A stretch of 54,792 nucleotides of DNA, taken from contig JYFJ02002569.1 of the NCBI GenBank assembly GCA_000934665.2, positions 1 through 54,792 of the forward strand, in the 5' to 3' direction. The position numbers and the translations under genes were made by a program. Under the pieces are notes generated by a model. That model searched no databases and was not told where the DNA came from. It saw only the letters and a program-made list of their open reading frames with translations. Each line of letters opens with the position of its first letter. The stretch's first letter is position 1. Source of the DNA: Catajapyx aquilonaris. Lineage: Eukaryota. This document shows, in pieces, positions 50,490 to 54,792 of the stretch.

Positions 50490-51467
50490 CGAGGGTCGTT
50501 CGGAAATGATCCGCACTCGATTTATTGTCGCGTCATACGTGGCTGCCCGAAGTTGGTATTTATCTCAACAGTGGGGGCCACTGTGCCCTACACTCTGTAA
50601 AAAGTTTGCCGTAATCACCGCATCAGGTCAGCGACAGCGCCACTTGAAAACCGGGAGGGTGTCGACTAGCGTGGACAAGATGGAGGTCGACTAGCGTGGA
50701 CAAGATGGAGGGCGACTATCACGGGCCAACGGTGGACAGCCCGGTTCTTGTGGAAAGAAGGTGGGACAGCAGCGGACATTCACCACCGTCTTGTGGCTGT
50801 GTGTGGAGAAGTGATGGCTCCAGGCCGCAGAACAGTTTACGACTGGATCCAGGCATTCAAGGCAGGCCATGCCACAGTGGAAAAGGGGGTTAGTGCAGGC
50901 AGACCGTCGATTTCTCGGACAGCTGTCATGGTGGGGAAGGTTAACGACTTGATTATGGAAAATCGTCGAATCACATTCGATGAACTGGAACTTGACACTG
51001 GCCTAGGTCGGGCCACCCTGCATGTCATCATTCATGAGGATCTTGCTTTAAAAAAAGTGTGCGCGCATTGAGTTACGCGTGATCTCACCCTGCAGCAGAA
51101 AGAGGTGCGAGTCCAGAGGTGCCGAGAGTTACTGGAAGCTCGAGTTCGGTTACACTGTGTTGTCACACCCACCCTATTCCCTGGACCTGGCACCTTCTGA
51201 CTATGGACTTTTCGACGTGATGAAGGAACCCCTCCGTGGACGAAGATTTGCCTATGCAACTGAGCTCCAAGGAGCTGTCCATGACTGGGTGGTGAGGGCA
51301 CCAAAAGAATGGTTCCGAGAGACGACCATGAAGTTGCCAGGAAGGTGGCAGCGGTGCATCGACCTCGGTGGAGAATACATTGAGGCAGCCCAAGTGTGAT
51401 TCAGCCTCTGCTGGTACATGTAGTGGCCAAAAAAAATCGAGTGCGGATCATTTCCGAACGACCCTCG
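50490..51467 (+). mobile_element. Mariner element, internally deleted and non-autonomous
   Basis: Perfect 34-bp TIRs CGAGGGTCGTTCGGAAATGATCCGCACTCGATTT with TA TSD. Transposase HTH region (IHHRL..TVYDW..F..G..GRP..ENRRIT) has a stop at the WVP-equivalent, then jumps at ~51140 to HPPYSLDLAPSDYGLF..RWQRCIDLGGEYIE. Confidence 0.93.
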
Positions 51468-52006
51468 TAGAATGTGTGAAATGTCAGGAAACACATTTTA
51501 AGCACGTATCGTGAGGTTCAAAATTTGAAATACAACCCTTTCCACCTTCACTTTTAGACCTGAAATAACAACATTCCCCAAATGAAGACCTCGGGGGAAG
51601 AACGATCAAGGTCCACCTCAGGTGAAACTGAGATATTCCAATTTTAAATTTCGAAGGCCCATAAGGTTCTATTGTAAATCCCACTTTTGGGGCCTTCCTT
51701 AGTGACCTGTGATCATTACTCCACAACCACGACCCAACCATCATAATTATTCTACACTAGTGAGACTATGTTCTGAAATGTGTAACTCATTTTTGACTAA
51801 AAGTGGACCTTGATCATTCTTCCCCCAAGGTCTTCAAATACAACTTCTATGCTTATTCATTACCTGTACTGAGGATGGCCTACTTAACTACTCTACCAAG
51901 TTTGAAGAAATTCTGCATGTTGCACTTGGCAAATGTCCTGTGTCAATATGGGAAATTTGCTAAGACTTTTTTAAACTTTTGGATTTGTCATTGGTATTGT
52001 CAGTAA

Positions 52007-52118
52007 AGGTGCGTTTACATGTGAGCGATTTGACGAGCGAAATCTTCGCCGAGGCTAAAATTAACAATCTATTTTCACCTCAAACAATCAGTCAGATAGC
52101 TCACATGTAAACGCAGCT
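52007..52118. mobile_element. Harbinger/Tourist-like mini-MITE
   Basis: AGGTGCGTTTACATGTGAGCGATTTGAC / GTCAGATAGCTCACATGTAAACGCAGCT, flanked by TAA/TTA. Confidence 0.65.
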
Positions 52119-52545
52119 TTAAGCCCTAACTGAGTCATCGATATACAGTATAGCTTTTATTGTGTTTTCAATGTATACATATAGTTTATCCGCATAATTG
52201 TATGGTTTATTGGGAGCAAGGCAACTAGGCCTAAGTCATTTCCATATAAGTACCAAAACTGGGGAGGATTGACTGTGAAGGGAGCAAGTTTGCATATGCA
52301 ATAGCAATGTCATTGCTTTTTCATATTATGTTACCTGGGTCTGCTAAACATTAATTTTGGTTTTCAAGATAATTTATCTGATGGCCAAAAATAGTTGCAA
52401 ATTATTAGGTACCTTTGGTAATTTTATTCAAAATTACATTATGAAGATGTCCTACCCACTGTTGTAGGCTATAGGTCTAGCCTAGAATGGACCTACAACA
52501 AAAAGTAGCTTTTCCCAATTCAAAATGTACTTAATTTTAATAAAT

Positions 52546-52786
52546 AATTCATTCATTCATAACATCGCGGCATAATCCCGGAAATGGGGTAGCCAGCGAT
52601 GACTAGTTTGTGCCTAGCCGTCTCATGACCATTACAATGGCTCTTCTGGTGACTGGTCAGGCCACGCAGAGGATATAATGAGTTTGGTGATGATGAAATC
52701 GGTCATACGAGACGGCTAGGCACAAACAGTCGTCGCTGGCTACCCCATTTCTGGGATTATGCCGTGGTGTTATGAATGAATGAATT
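52546..52786. repeat. Long inverted repeat, ~85-bp arms capped by (ATTC)n/(GAAT)n
   Basis: 52546-52630 is the near-perfect reverse complement of 52701-52786. Confidence 0.9.
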
Positions 52787-53433
52787 AATTAATTAATAAT
52801 AATTTAACAACAATGCTTATCCTCCTTTAAATAATAACTTTATCTCATTAAAGCATTGAAAAACTTGATTTCTAACCATGTCCCTATTCACCCCACTGCA
52901 CTGCAGGTAAACATATACCCCTGTTCACACAAAAATGTATTAAAAATTTTCAAGGTCAGCAATTTTAATTTTAGAGATTTCAAATAACTCACCAAACACC
53001 ACTGAATTCCACTCTGCATTCCCCAAAGCTATCAGCCTAACCAATTGATTGAATCAAGAAACAGTTTGTGAGCTATTAAAAATGGTGTCACAATAACAGC
53101 TGATTCTCATCATGCTAATTTAAACATTAATAATTTTTAAACAATATTATGTCTCCTCAACTTATAGAGAAAAGACTTCACTTCTGCAACGATACTATTT
53201 TTATATCTTTCATTTTTTTTTTTAAAGGCCAATAAGAATTTAAACATATTTTATAACTTTTTGTTCCTATGAACCCCGTGTTACGGTATTGTACCAAATA
53301 AATGAGATGAACACCACGCAATTTGGGTGCATTTGAAAAATGAGTTTCCAATGTTTGGCTGGTTCCTGCTCAAAACCAACTTTTAGAAGTTGGTCTCTAA
53401 AGTCTCAGGCAGCCCTCTAAAACTCCTACTTAC

Positions 53434-53652
53434 AGAGTCTCCGCCAGCCTGGAATTTGGTGCTGGCCTCGCTTAATGGGGCCAGCAGGTTGCCAGGCGCA
53501 TTCCGGCTGTTGGCTGCCAAATCTGCAGAAGGGGACTGAGGGTGCTGTACTGAGTATTGCCAGTTTGGGTTGGTTCAGAAGGCATTCACCCGAGTGAATC
53601 TGGCAACCTGCTGGCCCCCAGTGAGCGACGCCAGTGCCAGCAGAGAGACTCT
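53434..53652. mobile_element. GC-rich foldback MITE
   Basis: AGAGTCTC..GGGGCCAGCAGGTTGCCAG pairs with CTGGCAACCTGCTGGCCCC..GAGACTCT. Confidence 0.65.
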
Positions 53653-54792
53653 AAGTACGCTACTGTCACCATAAGGCTAGGGTGGGAGTTGCGGGGTGCT
53701 GGTCTCAAGTAATGAATCCAGCCAAATTCTCACTAGAATAGACCAAGAAGTCATTGATGTGTGTGAGATGCAGGCCAGCATGGTGGTGTACTCAGTGCCG
53801 GATCTAGGAAATTTCGGAGGGGGGCAGAAACTTTTCCTGCCGCCCCCCACCCCCACCCCCGCGGTTTGAAAGTTTGGTTTCATTTTTCTGACATGGATCT
53901 TCTGCACTTCAGGCAGTGGCGCATGCAAAATGTTCTTTTGGGGGGAGCTGGGAGGCGAGGAAGCCCGCCGCAGGCGAAAATTTTTGTGCGTTCAAGGTCA
54001 CACAAGCTGAGTGTGCTAAATTTCTTTCTGCCAGAAAGAAATATCATCTTCAGCGTTGTTTTGCATTTCTGCTGGGAAAGAGTCCCTAAGATGCACTACA
54101 GTTTTGACTACCAGTCCAAATAATATAGGCTACTGTTTGCAGATATTTTCGTAATGAACGCACGTCTTGTCATTGTCCCGGACAATACACAGGAGAAGGG
54201 TTAGCATGAAAGCTTTCTGCAGGACAAGAAGGTTAATAACTATTTCAGATCTGCATATTGCACTTGAAAGGAGTTCTGCTTAATAGGTGGCTGTAGATTT
54301 GTCGTTACAAGTTCACAAACAATTCCAGTGTTGTCAATAACGTACATTAGCGGGTTTTCAATCATTACAGAGCCGTGCTTCCCAATCTTTTTCGGATAGA
54401 TGCGTAAAATTCGCGACCACCACTTCCAATTCAACCCTACCCCTTTCCCTTGGATGGTATTTAATTACAATAATCGCTAAATTAACACATCTCGTTTACG
54501 GGCAAATTTTCTAGAGAGATAGAATCAATCTGCACAAACACCACTATACGTAGTTAACCTTCCTCGCGACTCCAAAGGGGTCGCGACCGCAAAACGGAAA
54601 AGAACACAACAGCGGCGGATTTTCCATTAGGCACAGTAGACACTGGCCTAGGGGCGGCAGCGAGTTGCAATAAATAATATTTCTCAAATACAATAATAGG
54701 AAATTAAGGCGAGATCACTAAGAAAATCGAATTTTTGAGAGCTTGATTTGCCACTAGAGGCAGAAAAGGTAATTGTCGAAGGGCGGCCGCCC

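Noticed and set aside
52640..52710. Possible Penelope-type hammerhead ribozyme (TGATGA...GAAATCGGTC) in the foldback loop
   Set aside because: No proper CUGANGA core with a stem II could be built by eye.
53790..53960. hAT-like termini (CAGTGCCGGATCTAG, CAGTGGCGCATGC)
   Set aside because: No partner TIR or 8-bp TSD could be located inside the window.

Overview
Eukaryotic DNA, arthropod and probably insect, so most real genes are split by short GT-AG introns and the ORF track fragments them. (1) 1-12.3 kb is a cluster of decayed transposons: the 3' part of a disrupted, intron-containing AcademX-type element (DDE-like core, XPG/PIN nuclease, Cys8 finger), a truncated CMC/EnSpm-Mirage-type transposase, a mariner fragment, a Sola-like MITE, a higher-order tandem repeat, and Helitron/Helentron-like pieces. 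(2) 13.8-43.8 kb is a tandem array of six CLIPB/easter-like serine protease genes. Three look catalytically intact; three look like protease homologs degenerated by different routes. (3) 43.8-54.8 kb holds a FAM161 (UPF0564) ciliary gene head-to-head with COQ6, with an RFX X-box in the shared promoter. The FAM161 stop codon overlaps the stop codon of the last clip gene on one CTAG palindrome. COQ6 intron 2 contains a mariner element and MITEs. All exon and element boundaries were read by eye and may be off by a few bases. No prokaryotic-type systems were seen.
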